Shown: piece after piece, positions 60,603 through 64,000 of the stretch
Layout of the letters: every line of letters starts with the position of its first letter
How positions within the stretch are numbered: position 1 is the stretch's first letter
Origin: Mustelus asterias
Lineage: Eukaryota
Length of the DNA stretch: 64,000 nucleotides
Reading direction: 5' to 3'
NCBI RefSeq assembly: GCF_964213995.1
Contig: NC_135821.1
Location: forward strand, 54,064,001-54,128,000
Translations under genes and position numbers: made by a program
Notes under the pieces: generated by a model
Seen by the model: only the letters and a program-made list of their open reading frames with translations
Database searches by the model: none
What the model was told of the DNA's origin: nothing

Positions 60603-63600
60603 TTCTTCCACTATAATCTGTAGTGTGAGGAAACATGAAGGAGTGCATTCTTAAGTATAAAAATTTGAAACTTGCAACATAATGTGGATCATCCGTGGTG
60701 GTAATCTCTTTCTGGTTTGCTAATAGATTAAATCTCTTCTTTTCTAGCCAACTGCAATACAAGTGTAAAAATGGCTGAAGCTTAACTCTTACTTAATTCA
60801 TCTTGTTAAGTAGTCAGTTAATGAGGATTTGATACAGTACTTTGACGGCATTTGCACTGTGAATTACTGAGGATCATAAGAAAAGCTGTAAAGAACCCAA
60901 AAGGCAGCATGCTTGTGTAGCAGAGCTTGTTTATGCTTAAATCCTACAAAAATGAACTCTTATACTATGTCAAATCTGGTGTACCAGATGGTTATTAGAT
61001 GCTTCCTCTGACCCTTCACTTCTTAGAAGAACAACGGTAAGCAAATTAAACATATACTAATAACCAGCTCCAGCAAAATTAGGAGTAAATGGAGAATAAT
61101 ATGTGCAAGGCCTGAAATTATACCTTTTACTGGAAACTCTCGGTGTGAAGGAGTGAGAGGGAATATGCCCTCCACATTGATTCCATAAAACATGTTTTGA
61201 AGGAACGGGCTAAATTAAAGTAAAGTTGCATAAATACTTAGAATATAATTTCAAGTTTTCCTCTTTTTTTATTGACCTAGTATCCAGTTTTCATTAGGAT
61301 AATTCCACTAACGGTAGATGGTTCAATTACTGATTGTACCACAATGTAGAGACATAAATGGTATATGTACAATTGTTGGGAGTGAACATGGTGTACTGTG
61401 GTTTATATGTTGTCAAGCTGCAAGAGTAAAGTGAGTCAGATCCCTAAGGCTAAAACTGCATCAAAACAGCATCATTTGATGTACCTTTTTAAACTAACTC
61501 GCCCTAAGATCTCAATGGTTTTCAGGACTCAAATGATTTGAAAAAGTACTTTGACCTTCCTTGTTAGTTACAGAATATACCATTAGTGCAATTTGTCATA
61601 GATGGTTAATTAGTTAGCAGTAAAGCTAAAATTCTAATAGTTGAGGACTGTGAGAGAGTGCTTTGATATTTACAGAGTACGCTGAAGGCCTGTCACATGA
61701 AGTGAAATGAAATGGAACTTCATTTCCAATCATGTAATTCATTTGACAGACCCTGTCATGCGTTGCTCTCCATCCTGATCCTAGCTGCGGGCAAAATTAC
61801 ATCCACTAAAAAGATGAATAAGGTCAACCCACAAGTTTCACTTGCACATCATGTTCCAAACAATATTGGTTTGAGCTCTATTTCAACAGCGAAAGGTGTT
61901 TTTTGGACTGTTGACAATTACAGTGTAAATAAAACGAAACAGGAAAGATTACTATGTAGCTTCTTTCATGGCAACAGTAAAGCTGTTCAAACACTCCGTG
62001 ACAATAAAATGCTTTTTAAAGTATAGTCACTGCGGTAATGTAGGAAATGCAGCAGCCGATTTGCACACAGCAAACTCCCACAACCAGCAACGAGACAATC
62101 AGATAATCTGTTTTAGTGATGTTGATTGAGGGATAAGCAGTAACCAGGACATTGGGGATACGATATCTGTTCTTTTTCAAATTAGTGCCATGTGATTTTT
62201 TTCTAATATTCACTTGAGAGGATAAGTGGGCCCTTGGTTTAATGCTCCATGGCACCTGCAATGGTGCAGTCTTCCTGTTCAAGTCCTGGATAGGACATAA
62301 CTCAAAGCCACAACTGAATCAAATGCACAATATATTTTTTAATTAACTAAAAGTCTTTCCAGTGTCATGACTCTTGCTACACCTGAAAGACACAATAGCT
62401 GCTACTTTATAGTGAGAGTAGAATAATCTTGCATTGAACATTACTGTAGTTTTCTTTTCCTGAAAATCTTATTCACCTGCCATTTTCTTTTGTTGAGTTA
62501 GTAAATTTCTAATAGTCAAAATAAGGGTATATATAAAATTTCTTAACTTAATACGTTTGTCTCACTCAGCTCTGTGTAGTGAGCTGAATTTGAACTGTAG
62601 TCTGTTTGTCCAGTGAGCCCACTCATAGCAGATTATGTGCCAACCTGGATGTTTTTAAGCTTTTTTCATCTTGAGCTAAATCGGCAAAGAAATTTCAATG
62701 CTTCTTACTCATCAATGATAAATACAATTACCTAGTAAAAATAAACAATGTCATTTTATTTAATACCGTCCTGAACTGTTGCTTTATTTAAATGGACTCC
62801 AATTTGAGGAGACACTTGGGAATAATAAGCCAAACTATCAATCTAAAGTAATAGAAGGACTGACAGAGCTGGAGGGTGATCAACTTGTATACATAAAAAG
62901 TGCTGTGAAAAAAACATTGTTTCAGAGTATAAGTACAAATAATTTTTTTTAGAAATTAAATTTCTTACAAAAAGCTTACCATATTTATGCTGGAAGTTTT
63001 GCTCTTAAAGTGGGGAATTTTTGAAAATTTGGATTGGAAAGTTTTCATTGTTTAATGTTGATTTTACTGGTACAATTGTGTCACTTTTTTCTTTAAGTGT
63101 CTGCTCAGAAGCGGAATGTGAAGGAGAGCTTCATTTAAATATTGCCTATCCCAAACTTGGGATACCCCCCAAGTGATGCACTTGGAACTATGGTCGCAGT
63201 TGTAATGTAGGAAACATGACAGCCAGCTTGAGCATAGCAAGGTTCCACAAACTGTACCGAGATGAAGAGTTCTTGTTTGTGATGTTGGTTGAGGGATAGA
63301 TATCAATTAAGTCTGGGAGAACCTCCTGCCTCTTTGGAAAGCACATGGAAATTTTTGTGTCCTCCTGAGAGGGCAGATACGGCCTCAGAAGTTGCAGATT
63401 CTGTTATCTGGTGCTTTGTTGGTTACCATGATGCAGGTGTGGGTTTCCATGTACTACCAGCCACAGTGCTTCGAATGTGAGTCCCAAGATAATTTTGTCC
63501 GGCCAGTTTATTTGGTGAAAATTCCTGTGTTTTATAAAAAAAAATTTTGCCATTTCGCAATGATTGAACTTTACAGAAATTTATCTTAATAAAATAATAC

Positions 63601-63859
63601 TATATGACACATTTATATGTGATCGGAATAGAAAGAAGAGGAGATAGATGCAAAGCTAGACCTCGTCATGAATAGGCTCTTTATAACCCTTGTGGGCTAA
63701 ACTATGTGTAGTATCCCATTGTTCTCTTTGTGTAATGAATCCAGTGTAATGCAAGCCTGGCCTGGTTGCTAATGTCACAATTAATAGGACATTGCTGCTG
63801 ATGCAATCTGAAATCTTATGCTCAGAATCTTAACTGACATGAGGATCTTTTTTTGCACA

Positions 63860-64000
63860 GAAATCACAGAATCACAGAAACCCTACAGTGCAGAAAGAGG
63901 CCATTCGGCTCATCGAGTCTGCATCGACCACAATCCCACCCAGGCCCTACCCCTATATCCCTACATATTTACCCACTAATCCCTCTAACCTACACATCCC
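63860..64000 (-). mobile_element. V-SINE 3' end, cut by the window edge
   Basis: Tail matches consensus. Confidence 0.85.

Noticed and set aside
60840-62026. Possible plus-strand exons (donor-like site at ~61037; ORF 61712..62026)
   Set aside because: No recognisable protein similarity and no consistent acceptor or frame; cannot be assigned to KIAA0319L or any gene

Overview
Eukaryotic, vertebrate DNA, most likely from a cartilaginous fish (shark), judged from the HE1/V-SINE, Deu-SINE, CR1 and Penelope repeat set. Two intron-containing genes lie in tandem on the minus strand. CLSPN (claspin) has 19 phase-consistent coding exons at 479-29167 and its 3' end runs off the left edge. NCDN (neurochondrin) has a complete CDS in 6 coding exons at 42035-52498, with a probable first exon in a CpG island near 55.8 kb. 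Introns and intergenic DNA hold a full-length Tigger/pogo DD32D transposon, CR1, L2 and Rex fragments, many SINEs, Penelope-like elements with hammerhead-ribozyme motifs, and a ~1 kb polypurine minisatellite. The most unusual structure is in CLSPN intron 5: a ~490-bp fold-back of two inverted RPL39 retrocopies sharing one frameshift, embedded in a GC-rich MITE-like element and enclosed by a second, near-perfect inverted duplication. It is a candidate hairpin-RNA/endo-siRNA locus or ribosomal-protein cargo in a transposon. A second, independent 133-bp inverted templated insertion lies just past the NCDN stop. All exon boundaries were read by hand; repeat boundaries are approximate.
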